A stretch of 64,000 bases of DNA from an uncultured Atribacterota bacterium (GCA_964433555.1 CAYSRG010000007.1:7422-71421); one strand, 5' to 3'; shown: positions 40,704 through 52,393, counted from the stretch's first letter. Numbers and translations are program-made. The notes: generated from the letters alone by a model not told the origin.

Positions 40704-40983
40704 TTGCAGTTAATCTGTTGATAATTATTCTTTAACAATTTTACCTCATTATTTTAACATTTACTTAGTTACTATTTTATATCAAGATGGATTTTTATAG
40801 TATATGATTTTTTAAGATTATGATACTGTAAAATGTCCTTTTTTAAATAAAGAATAATATATACTTTATTGCATCCTCGGTTCCAATAAGAATTCTACCT
40901 TACAAGATATAATTTGTCATATAAATAATTATATCTAATGTTTCTCTCAGCTTGGATGTTTTTTTATTATTAATCTCAAAAGA

Positions 40984-41841
40984 TTAATAATTATGATTTA
41001 ACTCTCTAATTTTTTTTACTATTTTTTCGGTAACATAATCAGGAGTAGAAGTTCCTGAAGTAATTCCAATTTTCCTCTTATTCCTAAAATAATTTATATT
41101 AAGTTGCTTCTCATCTTCAATATGGTAAGTTTCTACTCCAACTGCTTTGCTTAAATGGACTAATCTCTGGGTATTTGCACTATTTAATCCGCCGATAACT
41201 ATCATTAAATCAACTATTTTAGCTAAATCCCGTGTTGCTTGTTGTCTCAGTCTGGTAGCTTTACATATAGTATTAAAAACCCTTAATTCATCTGTATAAT
41301 TAAACATTATTTTAATAATTTTATAAAGTTCTTTTAGGTCTTTGGTGGTTTGAGAGAGCAATCCAATTTTTTTAGAAAATTCAAAACTTTGACACTTTAT
41401 ATCATTGATAGATTGAATTATATAAGCTCTGTGATCTATATAGCTTAGTAAACTTCTAATTTCCGGATGATTAATATCTCCTAAAATAATAATCTGATAC
41501 CCTTCTCTTTGTAAGAAATTTGCTATTTGATGTAATTTTTTAACATAAGGGCAGATTGTATCTATTAATCTTATATTATTTCTTTTTGCATAATCTTCTT
41601 CTCTTTTTACAATACCATGAGCTCTGGTGATAAGATATTTATTTGAAGGAACTTGAGATATTTCTTTAATGATATTAATGCCTTTTATTTTGAATTCTCT
41701 TATGACCTGAGGATTATGAATAATTTCTCCTAACATATACAGATCATTTGCTGGAAGATGGGCTATAGCATTTTCAGCCCTTTTTATTGCCCTTCTGACT
41801 CCAAAACAAAATCCAATATCTTTGGCTTTTATTATTTCCAT
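40984..41841 (-). CDS. ispH: 4-hydroxy-3-methylbut-2-enyl diphosphate reductase
   Basis: N-terminal GFCFGVRRAI motif, LytB family. 285 aa. Immediately downstream of cmk. Confidence 0.9.
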   Translation of the reverse strand: MEIIKAKDIGFCFGVRRAIKRAENAIAHLPANDLYMLGEIIHNPQVIREFKIKGINIIKEISQVPSNKYLITRAHGIVKREEDYAKRNNIRLIDTICPYVKKLHQIANFLQREGYQIIILGDINHPEIRSLLSYIDHRAYIIQSINDIKCQSFEFSKKIGLLSQTTKDLKELYKIIKIMFNYTDELRVFNTICKATRLRQQATRDLAKIVDLMIVIGGLNSANTQRLVHLSKAVGVETYHIEDEKQLNINYFRNKRKIGITSGTSTPDYVTEKIVKKIRELNHNY

Positions 41842-42531
41842 TTATTGCTTTAACCTATCATTTTTAATGATTCTTAACATTTCTTCAACCACTTCATTAA
41901 CATTCTTGTTTGTTGTATCAATAAGAATAGCATCTTCAGGCTTAGTTAAGGGTGCCACTTTTCTTTTACTGTCAATATAATCACGACAGGTAATTTCTTT
42001 TTTAACATCCTGAAAAGTAATCTGATAGCCTTTTTCTTGAAGTTCTTTATACCTCCTCATCATTCTGGTATGTTCATTAGCTGTAAGATAAAATTTTATA
42101 TCTGCATAAGGTATAATTACGGTACCGATATCTCTTCCTTCTATAACCACTGAACCATCCTGAGCAAACATTCGTTGAAGTGGGATTAAATTTTCCCGAA
42201 CTAAAGAGTGTCTAGCAACAAAAGAAACTTTTTTATTTACTTCAGGGCTGTGTATATTTGCCGTAATTAGTTCAATATGTGAAGCAAGGTCAAGATAACT
42301 GTATTCTTGAGTATATTTCCTTACAATTTCCTTTGATAGTTTATTCATGGCTTGTGCGTTATTTACATCCAACCTTTTATGTAAGGCATAATAAGTGATA
42401 TAACGATATAAGTCACCAGTGTTAATATAAACGAAATCCAATTTATGAGCTAATTCTTTAGCTGCTGTACTTTTCCCTGCCCCGGCAGGCCCATCTATAG
42501 TGATAATTAATCCTATATTTTTTTTATTCAA
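41842..42531 (-). CDS. cmk: Cytidylate kinase
   Basis: ITIDGPAGAGKST P-loop. 229 aa. Confidence 0.9.
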   Translation of the reverse strand: MNKKNIGLIITIDGPAGAGKSTAAKELAHKLDFVYINTGDLYRYITYYALHKRLDVNNAQAMNKLSKEIVRKYTQEYSYLDLASHIELITANIHSPEVNKKVSFVARHSLVRENLIPLQRMFAQDGSVVIEGRDIGTVIIPYADIKFYLTANEHTRMMRRYKELQEKGYQITFQDVKKEITCRDYIDSKRKVAPLTKPEDAILIDTTNKNVNEVVEEMLRIIKNDRLKQ

Positions 42532-42543
42532 TAATATAATTCC

Positions 42544-43275
42544 TTAGTTATTTTTTAAAAATTGTTTAAAATTTTTAATTTCCTGTTTTCCTAGAAAACG
42601 ATATTGACCAGATCTTAATCTATTTAGATTTAAAATACTAATTTGAGTTCTTGTCAATTTTAGTACTTGAAATCCTAGGTAAGAAAACATTCTCCTTATT
42701 TGTCTTTTTTTCCCTTCATTAATAGAAATTTCCACAATGCAATTTTTTTTATTTTTCTTTAATATTTTTAATTGACATGGATATGTAGTAAAAATAGGAC
42801 TAATAGGTACACCATTTGTTAATACCTTTAGATCATTATCATTAGGAAATCCTTTTATTTTTACTAAATATACTTTTTTAATCTTTTTTTTGGGATGGGT
42901 TATTTGATTAATTAATTCTCCATCATTTGTTAAAAATACTAAACCTTCAGAATCAAGATCTAATCTACCAGCATAATTTAATTTAATTTTTATCTTTTTT
43001 AACAAATCATAAATAGTAGGCCTTCCAAAGGGATCATGATAAGTACATAAAAATCCTCTTGGTTTATTTAATAAAACATATATTCTGGGTACTCTTTCAT
43101 GAACAATTTTATTATTTAATTTGATTTTATCTTTATTCGTATCAATTTCAGTACCCAATTGTGTTATAATGACATTATTGACTTTAACCTTTCCCTGGAC
43201 AATCAATTTTTCACAATTTCTTCGGGAGTCAATTCCTATTTGGGCAAGAAATTTATGTAATCTCATTTTTCTCAT
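42544..43275 (-). CDS. rluB: Pseudouridine synthase (RsuA/RluB family) with S4 domain
   Basis: N-terminal S4 domain (RLHKFLAQIGIDSRRNCEKLI) and catalytic GRLDLDSEGL motif. 243 aa. scpB-rluB synteny. Confidence 0.8.
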   Translation of the reverse strand: MRKMRLHKFLAQIGIDSRRNCEKLIVQGKVKVNNVIITQLGTEIDTNKDKIKLNNKIVHERVPRIYVLLNKPRGFLCTYHDPFGRPTIYDLLKKIKIKLNYAGRLDLDSEGLVFLTNDGELINQITHPKKKIKKVYLVKIKGFPNDNDLKVLTNGVPISPIFTTYPCQLKILKKNKKNCIVEISINEGKKRQIRRMFSYLGFQVLKLTRTQISILNLNRLRSGQYRFLGKQEIKNFKQFLKNN

Positions 43276-43720
43276 TTTGCATTTCCAGTTCTTCTAAAGG
43301 AGGCAAATCAGATACACTCTTAAGCCCAAAATGTAATAAAAACTTTTCTGTAACTCTATACAGAAAGGGATTACCAGGAATTTTTTTTCTTCCCTTAACC
43401 TTAATAAAACCATTTTTTAAAAGATTTAATAATACACTACTACAATCAACACCTCTTATTTTTTCAATTTCCATGCGAGTAACTGGTTGATTATAAGCAA
43501 TAATTGCTAATGTTTCAATTGAAGCTCTAGATAAAACATATTTTTTATCATTGTTATATAATTTTTTTATCCAGGTGAAATATTCTGGTTTGGTAGCAAA
43601 TGAAAAACCACCGGAAACTTCTTGAATAAAGAAGGGACGATTGTTTAGTTGATATTCCTCCTGTAAGCTCTTTATCGCTTTCTTAATCTCTTCAGCTTCT
43701 CTACAGGTAATATTTACCAT
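43253..43720 (-). CDS. scpB: Segregation and condensation protein B
   Basis: 155 aa winged-helix protein (IETLAIIAYNQPVTRMEIEKIRGV) directly downstream of scpA. Confidence 0.8.
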   Translation of the reverse strand: MVNITCREAEEIKKAIKSLQEEYQLNNRPFFIQEVSGGFSFATKPEYFTWIKKLYNNDKKYVLSRASIETLAIIAYNQPVTRMEIEKIRGVDCSSVLLNLLKNGFIKVKGRKKIPGNPFLYRVTEKFLLHFGLKSVSDLPPLEELEMQNEKNEIT

Positions 43721-43791
43721 TTTTCTTATAGATAGAGGTTTATTCGCAACAAATAACAGAACCTCAACAATTTTTTCCCATTCATTTATAG

Positions 43792-44550
43792 CTATTGAGT
43801 ATTCTTTTTCTTTAATTTTTTATCTTCCTTTCGATAAAATAATATTTCACCAAAATTTTGTGATTGTATATAATCTACCTTACCCTGACAAATTAATTGT
43901 AATAAAGCTAAAAATATAATTATTATTTCAATTTTTGGGCAATCCTTGTAGATCATCTGACTAAAAGTTAATTGATTTTTATTCTTTAAAAAATTTTCTT
44001 CAATCTCTTCCATCTTTATTACTATATTAACTTCATTGTTTTCGAAATCAATTATACTCTTGCTATTATTTCTAACTAAAATTGATTCAATAGCAAAAAT
44101 AAGTTCTGAAAAACTATTTTCCTGAGGTATTTCATCGTCTTTATTTAAGGAGTTAAAACATGTTAAATATATTTCTCTTTGCTTAAACTCTTTTTCTGCA
44201 AGTATTTTAACTAATGATTGGTACTTTTTATACTCTATCCAATAATCTTCTTTGAGAAAGATAGTATCGTTTTTAATTTCTTCCTCAATTTGTTTCTGAG
44301 ACAATGGTAATAATAGATTTGATTTCCACAATATTAATTCAGATATTTCTACTAAAAAGTTAGCTACTATTTCTAAGTTAATGGATTCTGAATGGGTTGT
44401 TAGCAGGTATGTTAAATAATCTTCAATAATATTTAATAGAGATATTTTATTGAGTTCTATCTCTCCATTCCTTACCTTTAGATATAATAGCTGTACAGAA
44501 TTTGATATTTGTTCTATTTTGGGAATTGTTAAATTACTATTATTCTGCAT
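43792..44550 (-). CDS. scpA: Segregation and condensation protein A
   Basis: 252 aa kleisin. scpA-scpB pair near smc. Confidence 0.75.
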   Translation of the reverse strand: MQNNSNLTIPKIEQISNSVQLLYLKVRNGEIELNKISLLNIIEDYLTYLLTTHSESINLEIVANFLVEISELILWKSNLLLPLSQKQIEEEIKNDTIFLKEDYWIEYKKYQSLVKILAEKEFKQREIYLTCFNSLNKDDEIPQENSFSELIFAIESILVRNNSKSIIDFENNEVNIVIKMEEIEENFLKNKNQLTFSQMIYKDCPKIEIIIIFLALLQLICQGKVDYIQSQNFGEILFYRKEDKKLKKKNTQ

Positions 44551-45529
44551 AATCCATTTTCATTGCTTTTTTAACTTCGTCTAAAGTTATTTTAGCAACT
44601 TTTCTAGCTTCTTGACTGCCTTTTTTTAATATTTCCCATACCAGCTGGTGGTTTTTTTCATAATATTTCCTTTTTTCTCTAAATGTTTGAAATGACTTTA
44701 TCAATATCTCCCCAAGGCATTTCTTGCAGGCAACACATCCTAATTGAGCATGACGGCACTTATTCTCAATGTCTGATAGGTCTTTTTTATTAAATATTTT
44801 ATGATAATCAAATACTACACAAACTTCCGGATGACCGGGATCAGATAATCTTATTTTTTCTGGATCAGTTATCATTGACATTACTTTTGATTTAATGATT
44901 TCTGGATTATCTGACAGGGTAATATCATTTTTTAAACTTTTACTCATTTTTCTACCGTCTATTCCCAAAATCTTGGGAGTAGAAGACAACTTTAGTTCAG
45001 GAATAGTAAAGACATTCTGATAAATATTGTTGAATCTTCTGCCAATTTCTCTTGATATTTCAACATGAGCTGACTGGTCTTCGCCAACAGGAACAGCATT
45101 TGCTTTATAAATTAGTATATCAGCTGACATAAGAACTGGATAGCCAAGCAATCCATATCCCATATTTTCTTTTAAATCCAAATCCCGTACCTGTTCCTTT
45201 ACTACAGGATTTCTTTCTACCCAGGATAGAGGTGTTATCATTGATAATAACAAGTGCAATTCAGCATGTTCTGGTACATAAGATTGAATTAATAAAGTAC
45301 TTTTATCTGGATTTATTCCGGCACTCAACCAGTCAATTACCATCTCAATTATATTTTCCTTCATCATCTCTGTGTTTTCATATCCCGTAGTAAGTGCATG
45401 CCAGTCTACTACACCATAATAGCATTTATACTCATCTTGTAGTTTTACCCAGTTTACTAAAGCGCCAAAATAATTTCCTAAATGCAGTTTACCAGTCGGT
45501 CTCATTCCGCTAAATATAATTCCTTTCAT
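44540..45529 (-). CDS. trpS: Tryptophan--tRNA ligase
   Basis: GMRPTGKLHLGNY (HIGH-class) and KMSKS motifs. Start placed at the internal Met (MKGIIFSG); the track ORF extends to 45610. Confidence 0.9.
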   Translation of the reverse strand: MKGIIFSGMRPTGKLHLGNYFGALVNWVKLQDEYKCYYGVVDWHALTTGYENTEMMKENIIEMVIDWLSAGINPDKSTLLIQSYVPEHAELHLLLSMITPLSWVERNPVVKEQVRDLDLKENMGYGLLGYPVLMSADILIYKANAVPVGEDQSAHVEISREIGRRFNNIYQNVFTIPELKLSSTPKILGIDGRKMSKSLKNDITLSDNPEIIKSKVMSMITDPEKIRLSDPGHPEVCVVFDYHKIFNKKDLSDIENKCRHAQLGCVACKKCLGEILIKSFQTFREKRKYYEKNHQLVWEILKKGSQEARKVAKITLDEVKKAMKMDYAE

Positions 45530-45578
45530 GTAAGTTGTTCTCCTCCTAAATATTAAAGTAACAAAGTCAATTTTACTT

Positions 45579-46214
45579 TCATATAAATATTCGGTAAATA
45601 TAGTCAACAATAGGTAGAATAATATTTCTTATAATACCAGAAATAAATAAAAATAGTATGATAAGCATTCCGTAGGTTTGATTAATTTTATTATATTGAC
45701 GAGCTAAATGTACTGGCAATAAACCCGATACAATGTGATGACCATCTAAGGGTGGGATTGGTATTAAATTAAAAAAAGCTAAAGCAATATTGATGAATAT
45801 TCCAGTGTGTAGCAAAGTAAACCACCCCTGTACCAATCGAAACCAAAAAAAAGAATTGAATGTTACATTCCGAAATATAAAATTGTTTGCTCTTAATAAT
45901 AGGGAAAATAGAAATGCAACCACAATATTGGATAAAGGTCCAGCTAGAGATACTTTAATCATATCCATTCTTGGATTGTTTAAATTGTTATAGTTCACAG
46001 GGACAGGTCTTGCCCAACCAATGCGAAATAGTAATAACATAAGAGTTCCAACCGGATCAAGATGTGCAAAGGGATTCAGGGTTAATCGACCGGCAAGCTT
46101 TGCCGTGGGATCTCCATGATAATAAGCAATAAAACCGTGCGCATATTCGTGAATTGTAATAGCTATTAATATTGCCGGTATGCTCCATATAATTCCAAAA
46201 AGGTTATCTAACAT
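45579..46214 (-). CDS. M50 family (site-2 protease-like) zinc metallopeptidase, small membrane form
   Basis: HEYAHGFIAYYHGD HExxH motif in a TM helix. 211 aa polytopic protein. Confidence 0.65.
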   Translation of the reverse strand: MLDNLFGIIWSIPAILIAITIHEYAHGFIAYYHGDPTAKLAGRLTLNPFAHLDPVGTLMLLLFRIGWARPVPVNYNNLNNPRMDMIKVSLAGPLSNIVVAFLFSLLLRANNFIFRNVTFNSFFWFRLVQGWFTLLHTGIFINIALAFFNLIPIPPLDGHHIVSGLLPVHLARQYNKINQTYGMLIILFLFISGIIRNIILPIVDYIYRIFI

Positions 46215-46218
46215 AAAA

Positions 46219-48858
46219 TCAAATAATTCCTTTTACTAATAATCTTTTTACGAAAGATATCTCTTCTTCCCTATTATTCAATATGCCATTCATTTGTAAA
46301 TAAAATATTAACTTTAATATTTTAGCATAAATAGGACCCGGCTTCATTCCTATATTTGTTAAATCTTTTCCAGAAAGAAAAATAGTTGTTTTTTTATATA
46401 TAGTTAGGTATTTTTCAACTCTTTCTGCTATAAGGTTGTCTTCATATTTTTCTAATAGTATTATTAACAATAACTCATTGGACTTATTATGCAAGTTGTA
46501 GTATATATGGCTGGGGGATAATGGTTTTAGCTTCAAAAAATTGATGGTAAACTCTTTACAACTCATTATACTGTTTAGTATGTTGATAGTATTTTTACTC
46601 AGTTCAATTTTTTTGCTAATATTATTAATGTCTAATTGAGAAAATAGTATTAAATAAAAAAGATATAAAATACTTATATTTATCCTTTCATCAGGAAATT
46701 TTTTATACCAAGATCTAACAAAATTTTCAATTTGAATAAATCTATCAATTAAATCTGGAGATAAGGATAAATTGGGTATAATTCCAGCAAGAATTTCCAG
46801 TTCATCCATCCTTTTTAATATTTTAACTGGATCCTTCTCTTGTAAAATTATTAAAAATTCTTCACTAAGCCTCTTTTTCCTTATTCGTGTAATTAGTCCC
46901 TCTTTAACAGCCTTTCTCAAAAATTTTTCAGTAGAGTTTTCCATGGTAAAATCATATCTCTTTTCAAATCTTACAGCTCTGATAATCCTGGCTGGATCTT
47001 CTGTAAAACTGAGACTATATAATATTCTTATTTTTTTTAATTCTAGATCTCTCTGTCCACCAAAAAAATCTAATAACTTACCAAATTTTTCCTGATTTAA
47101 TTGAATAGCCATGGCATTTATAGTAAAATCTCTACGATACAAATCTTTCTTAATTGAAGCAAATTCAACTTCTGGTAAGGCAGCTGGAAATTCATAAAAT
47201 TCTCTTCTAGCTGAAGCAAAGTCAATTTTTATTCCATTGGGCAATATAACAACAGCTGTCTTAAATTTTTGGTGTGTTTTTATTTTACCTTTTACTTGTT
47301 GGTAAAAATATTGGGCAAACTTAATAGCATCCTCTTCAACTACAATATCAAGGTCTAAATTTGGAATACCCAATAATAAATCTCTAACTATTCCACCAAC
47401 AATAAAAACCGAATATCCTAAATTATCACCCAGTTTACCAATTTGTAGTAAAGCCATGAGAATTTCTTTATTAAAATATCGATACATTAAAGATTTTATT
47501 TTTTCTTTACTATATTTGTACTGTTCCATGCTTTTTTCAAAAAGAGAATATGATTCTTTATTGATGCCTTTTTCTCCATGTAAACTTCTAATTAAATCAG
47601 TTCTTGTTATAATTCCTTCTAATTTTCCTTGATTACTTAAAACCAAGACCCTACCTACATCATACTTAATCATTAATTCCTGTATTTCTAGTACAGGGGT
47701 TTTGGGATTGACACTGATAATACTCTCGGACATGTAAACATCAACTGTTTCATTTTCATAATGATGATGTTTTGCTTTATAAATTTCCTGTCTGGTAATT
47801 ATACCTACCAATTTTCCACTGCCCATTACTGGAAATCCATTATGACCATAGCGAAGCATTATTTTATAAGCTTCTTGTATAGTTGTTTTAATATCTATGG
47901 TTTTAACTGGAGTTGTCATAATATCTTTAGCCAGAGTTTCTAGTGTTATTTGTTCTTCTAAGACCTGCTTAAGTTTATTTTCTGTATCTAATAAGGAAAA
48001 ATATCTTACAACAGCAGATGCTGCCTGAGAATGCCCTCCTCCTCCTAATATTTTTAGTATTTCACCAACATTCACTGAATTACGGCTACTTCTTGCCACA
48101 ACATATATTCTATTTTTCATTTTTACCAGCACGAAGATAATATCACTGTTCATAATTTCTATTAATTTATGAGTAATTAGTGCTAAACCTTCAACATATT
48201 CTTTAACACTGGTCTTGGCGAATACAACGCTAACGCCTTTAAAATACAATTCCTGAGAGGTAGAAATAAGTTGATTTAGTAATTTTTTTTGTTTTTGGTT
48301 TAGACCTATATTGGTAAATTTATTTACTGTCCTTAAATTCACTCCAATTGAAAAAAGATAACTTAAAACATCTATGTCATCTTTAGTAGTAGTAGAAAAA
48401 GAGAGAGAGCCAGTATCCTCATAAATACCAAGAGCAAATAAAGTGGATTCCAAAGGCGTTATAGATATGTTTTTTTTAATAATAATCTTCAATAATATTG
48501 TTGTAGTTGCACCAACTTTTTCTATTTTACTTTTATTGGAAGTGATATCATTTTCTGCAGGGGGATGGTGATCATATATGACTATTGACAAGTTTTCTTT
48601 ATTTAAAATCGACTCAAATTGACCTATTCTATCTCTTTGTCGGGTATCGACAATAATTAATTCTGTTATCTTTTCTAAATCAATAGTTTTTAATGAAGAA
48701 ATATTTAAGGCATTTTCATATAATAAAAGAAATTTCCTAACATTTTCTTCAATAGCACCAGGAAAAATAGCAAAAGCATCCGGATATATTTTTTTAGCAG
48801 CAATCATAGCTGCCAGACAATCAAAGTCTGCACTGGTATGACCAATAATTACTTTCAT
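46219..48858 (-). CDS. DHH/DHHA1 phosphoesterase-CBS pair-polynucleotide adenylyltransferase/CCA-adding enzyme fusion protein
   Basis: 879 aa. N-terminal DHH (IIGHTSADFDCLAAM...DHH), DHHA1 (GGGGH), tandem CBS domains, then a pol-beta-like NTase head (GGIVRDLLLGIPNLDLDIVVE) with a tRNA-NT body. Confidence 0.75.
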   Translation of the reverse strand: MKVIIGHTSADFDCLAAMIAAKKIYPDAFAIFPGAIEENVRKFLLLYENALNISSLKTIDLEKITELIIVDTRQRDRIGQFESILNKENLSIVIYDHHPPAENDITSNKSKIEKVGATTTILLKIIIKKNISITPLESTLFALGIYEDTGSLSFSTTTKDDIDVLSYLFSIGVNLRTVNKFTNIGLNQKQKKLLNQLISTSQELYFKGVSVVFAKTSVKEYVEGLALITHKLIEIMNSDIIFVLVKMKNRIYVVARSSRNSVNVGEILKILGGGGHSQAASAVVRYFSLLDTENKLKQVLEEQITLETLAKDIMTTPVKTIDIKTTIQEAYKIMLRYGHNGFPVMGSGKLVGIITRQEIYKAKHHHYENETVDVYMSESIISVNPKTPVLEIQELMIKYDVGRVLVLSNQGKLEGIITRTDLIRSLHGEKGINKESYSLFEKSMEQYKYSKEKIKSLMYRYFNKEILMALLQIGKLGDNLGYSVFIVGGIVRDLLLGIPNLDLDIVVEEDAIKFAQYFYQQVKGKIKTHQKFKTAVVILPNGIKIDFASARREFYEFPAALPEVEFASIKKDLYRRDFTINAMAIQLNQEKFGKLLDFFGGQRDLELKKIRILYSLSFTEDPARIIRAVRFEKRYDFTMENSTEKFLRKAVKEGLITRIRKKRLSEEFLIILQEKDPVKILKRMDELEILAGIIPNLSLSPDLIDRFIQIENFVRSWYKKFPDERINISILYLFYLILFSQLDINNISKKIELSKNTINILNSIMSCKEFTINFLKLKPLSPSHIYYNLHNKSNELLLIILLEKYEDNLIAERVEKYLTIYKKTTIFLSGKDLTNIGMKPGPIYAKILKLIFYLQMNGILNNREEEISFVKRLLVKGII

Positions 48859-48958
48859 AGGATTCTATCCATTTTGAATAAAAATAAATTAGCAATTCTT
48901 GGTAAAAATATTTAATAGTATTTTTTTGAAACATGTAGAGAATGAAATTAATTTAAGA

Positions 48959-50263
48959 TTAGCTAAGTACTTTTAAAATTAATGGTTTCTTACTTGTTTT
49001 TTTATCTGTAATATAGAAGGCTTTTGGGACACTTTCTTTAATTAAATTAAAGCTTTCAACGTTATTATAATAAATAGTAGCCATAGTATCATTTACATCA
49101 ATCTGATCTCCAATTTTTTTTCTTAGAATTAATCCCACTGATAAATCAATATTATCATCTTTTTTCTTTCTGCCAGCCCCCAGTAACATTGCAGCTTGAC
49201 CAACTGTTCTAGCGTCTATCTTTTTAATAAAACCTCTTTTAGGAGAATAAATATTTTCTTGATATTTTGATTTAGGAAGTAAAAAAGGTTTTCTTATTTG
49301 ATTTACATCTCCATTTTGGTTTTTCACTATCTCTATAAACTTATTTAAAGCCTTGCCGCTAATTATAATTTCCTCTAATAACTTAATTCCATCTTGGTGT
49401 TTTTTTACAATACCACCGGCAACTAACATGTATGAGCCAAGGAAAAGACATAACTCTTTTAAATCTGATGGCCCCCTGTTATTTAATAATTCTATTGCTT
49501 CTTGAACTTCTAGAGAATTACCGACAGCATATCCTAATGGTTGATCCATAGAGGATATAACTGCATATGTTTTTTTATTATTGCTTTTTCCAATGTTCAC
49601 CATTATTTTGCCTAAAGAAATTGCATCTGAAATATTTTGCAAAAAAGCACCACTTCCAACAGTTACATTAAGCACAAAAGCATCTGCACCACCAGCAATT
49701 TTCTTACTCATAATACTACTGGCTATTAATGGAATAGAATCTATAGTACCAGTAACATCTCTTAAAGCATAGATTTTTTTATCTGCCGGTGAAATATCAA
49801 TATTTGCACTTATAATGGATGATTTAATCTTATTTATATTTTCAATAAATCTCTCAATTGGAAGATCTGTATTAAAATTTTTAATTGATTCTAATTTATC
49901 AATTGTTCCGCCAGTATGTCCTAAGGCACGTCCAGAGATTTTTGGTACAGGAACTCCTGCTGCAGCAACCATTGGTATCAAGGCTAGTGTGGTTTTATCT
50001 CCTACTCCTCCTGTGCTATGTTTATCCACTTTAATTCCAGGTATTGAGTCTAAATTTAGTATTTTACCAGAGCGAGACATTGCCATTGTCAGGTTGTTAG
50101 TTTCTTCGTAATTCATGCCATTAAACCAGATGGTCATAAGAAATGCTGACATCTGATAATCAGGAATACTTCCTTTTAAATATTCTGCAATGATAAAATT
50201 AATCTCATTTTCACTCAGTGGCAATTTATTCTTTTTTCTCTCAATAATATTAATTATATCCAT
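48959..50263 (-). CDS. pdp: Pyrimidine-nucleoside (thymidine) phosphorylase
   Basis: DKHSTGGVGDKTT glycosyltransferase family 3 motif. 434 aa. Confidence 0.85.
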   Translation of the reverse strand: MDIINIIERKKNKLPLSENEINFIIAEYLKGSIPDYQMSAFLMTIWFNGMNYEETNNLTMAMSRSGKILNLDSIPGIKVDKHSTGGVGDKTTLALIPMVAAAGVPVPKISGRALGHTGGTIDKLESIKNFNTDLPIERFIENINKIKSSIISANIDISPADKKIYALRDVTGTIDSIPLIASSIMSKKIAGGADAFVLNVTVGSGAFLQNISDAISLGKIMVNIGKSNNKKTYAVISSMDQPLGYAVGNSLEVQEAIELLNNRGPSDLKELCLFLGSYMLVAGGIVKKHQDGIKLLEEIIISGKALNKFIEIVKNQNGDVNQIRKPFLLPKSKYQENIYSPKRGFIKKIDARTVGQAAMLLGAGRKKKDDNIDLSVGLILRKKIGDQIDVNDTMATIYYNNVESFNLIKESVPKAFYITDKKTSKKPLILKVLS

Positions 50264-50428
50264 ATTTTGAATTTAGTGCCTCAGATAAAGAAATTAAATA
50301 ATATTTTCTGACCTTTCTTTATTCTTATATTTTATATTAAGTTTTATTTGTTATCAAACTGTAAAATAATTTATTAATCAAAAAAATCTTTATACCATAA
50401 TATTTTTTTTACTTTAATTATAAAGATT

Positions 50429-52393
50429 CTATATAAATAGAGGAATAAAAACTAACGATACGATAGACATCACTTTGATTAATATATTCATTGATGGTCC
50501 TGCTGTATCTTTAAATGGATCACCTACGGTATCACCAATTACTCCTGCTTGATGTGCTGCAGAATTTTTTCCACCATAATTACCTTTTTCAATATATTTT
50601 TTTGCGTTATCCCAGGCACCACCAGAATTAGCCATCATAATAGCTAGAAATACACCTATAACAACTGAACCAAGCAACAAACCCCCCAATGCTTCAGGAC
50701 CAATCACAATGCCAACTACAATGGGTATAATAATGGCTAACAATCCTGGAATAATCATTTCTTTTAAGGCTCCCTTAGTACTAATATCAACACATTTTTC
50801 TGGTTCAGGTTTAGCTGTTCCTTCCTTTAAACCAGGAATTTCTTTAAACTGCCTTCTTACTTCCGAAATCATTAAAGAAGCAGTCTTGCCAACTGCTTCT
50901 ATAGTCATGGCAGCAAATAAAAAAGGTAAAATACCACCAATAAAAATGCCAATTACAACCATCGGATCTGTAATACTAATAATGCTAAGGTTGACTGATT
51001 TAGTATAAGCACTGAACAAAGCAAGTGCTGTTAAGGCAGCTGAACCAATGGCAAAACCCTTTCCAATGGCGGCTGTAGTGTTTCCAACTGCATCAAGAGA
51101 ATCCGTAATTTCTCGAACCTCAGGTTTTAGACCGGCCATCTCTGCAATACCCCCAGCATTATCCGCAATAGGTCCATAGGAATCAACAGATACAGTCATT
51201 CCTACAATTGAAAGCATTCCTACTGCTGCAACAGATATTCCGTAAAGTCCTGCAAAATAATTGGAAAGATATATTGCAACAGAAATAACAATAACTGGCA
51301 ATGCGGTACTTTTTAATCCCAAAGCAAAACCTTCAATAATCGTAGTAGCAGCTCCAGTTAAAGATGCTTCTGAAATCTTTCTTACGGGAGAATAATCATA
51401 TGATGTATAATATTGAGTAAAAAAGCCGATAGCTACTCCGGCAAACAAACCGGAAATAGTAGCAAAGAATATTAATATATTACCAAATAGTATATAAGAT
51501 AATACTAAGGATGAAATGGTTACTAAAATTCCGCTTACATAGGTCCCCATATTTAATGCCTTATGAATATTTTTATCGTCTTTTGGTGAAACAAAGAAAG
51601 TTGCTATAATTACTGAAACAACGCCACAAGCAACAAGAATTAGAGGGTATATAATGTAATTGACAGAGTTATATAATAAACTACCTAGAATCATACAGGA
51701 AACAATAGAGCCTACAAAAGATTCAAACAAATCTGCTCCCATTCCAGCAACATCGCCAACATTGTCACCTACATTGTCAGCTATTACAGCTGGATTTCTA
51801 GGATCATCTTCTGGAATACCTGCTTCAATTTTACCTACCAGATCCGCTCCAACGTCTGCAGCTTTAGTATAAATACCTCCACCAACTCTGGCAAATAAAG
51901 CAATGGAACTGGCACCTAAAGCGAAGCCATTTATTAAATTGGGATCATCAAAAAAATAATATAAAATACCCAAGCCAATTAAACCAAAACCTGAAACAGA
52001 TAAACCCATTACTGCTCCTCCTGAAAATGCAATTTTTAAAGCCTTACTAAGACCTGATTCCTGAGCAGCAAATGTAGTTCTGGTATTGCTTTTAGTAGCT
52101 ATCTTCATGCCTATGAAACCAGCTAAGGCTGAACAAAGGGCACCTAAAATAAATGAAAATCCCGTGATACTACCTCTTACCCAGATTATTACTAAGCTAA
52201 CAATCACTACAAAAACAAATAAAAAAGAGTATTCTCTCTTTAAAAAAGTCATGGCTCCCTTCTCAATAGAACGAGACAACTGCACCATTACTTCGGTACC
52301 TTCTTTTTCACTCAATACTTGTCTGGCTAAAATCATTGCATATAATAATGCTATAACTCCGCTTAAAATTGATAGAAGTTTTAGTACAACCAT
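50429..52393 (-). CDS. hppA: Membrane-bound H+/Na+-translocating pyrophosphatase
   Basis: [17 protein letters not shown] and DNAGGIAEM motifs. 654 aa with about 16 TM segments. Confidence 0.9.
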   Translation of the reverse strand: MVVLKLLSILSGVIALLYAMILARQVLSEKEGTEVMVQLSRSIEKGAMTFLKREYSFLFVFVVIVSLVIIWVRGSITGFSFILGALCSALAGFIGMKIATKSNTRTTFAAQESGLSKALKIAFSGGAVMGLSVSGFGLIGLGILYYFFDDPNLINGFALGASSIALFARVGGGIYTKAADVGADLVGKIEAGIPEDDPRNPAVIADNVGDNVGDVAGMGADLFESFVGSIVSCMILGSLLYNSVNYIIYPLILVACGVVSVIIATFFVSPKDDKNIHKALNMGTYVSGILVTISSLVLSYILFGNILIFFATISGLFAGVAIGFFTQYYTSYDYSPVRKISEASLTGAATTIIEGFALGLKSTALPVIVISVAIYLSNYFAGLYGISVAAVGMLSIVGMTVSVDSYGPIADNAGGIAEMAGLKPEVREITDSLDAVGNTTAAIGKGFAIGSAALTALALFSAYTKSVNLSIISITDPMVVIGIFIGGILPFLFAAMTIEAVGKTASLMISEVRRQFKEIPGLKEGTAKPEPEKCVDISTKGALKEMIIPGLLAIIIPIVVGIVIGPEALGGLLLGSVVIGVFLAIMMANSGGAWDNAKKYIEKGNYGGKNSAAHQAGVIGDTVGDPFKDTAGPSMNILIKVMSIVSLVFIPLFI

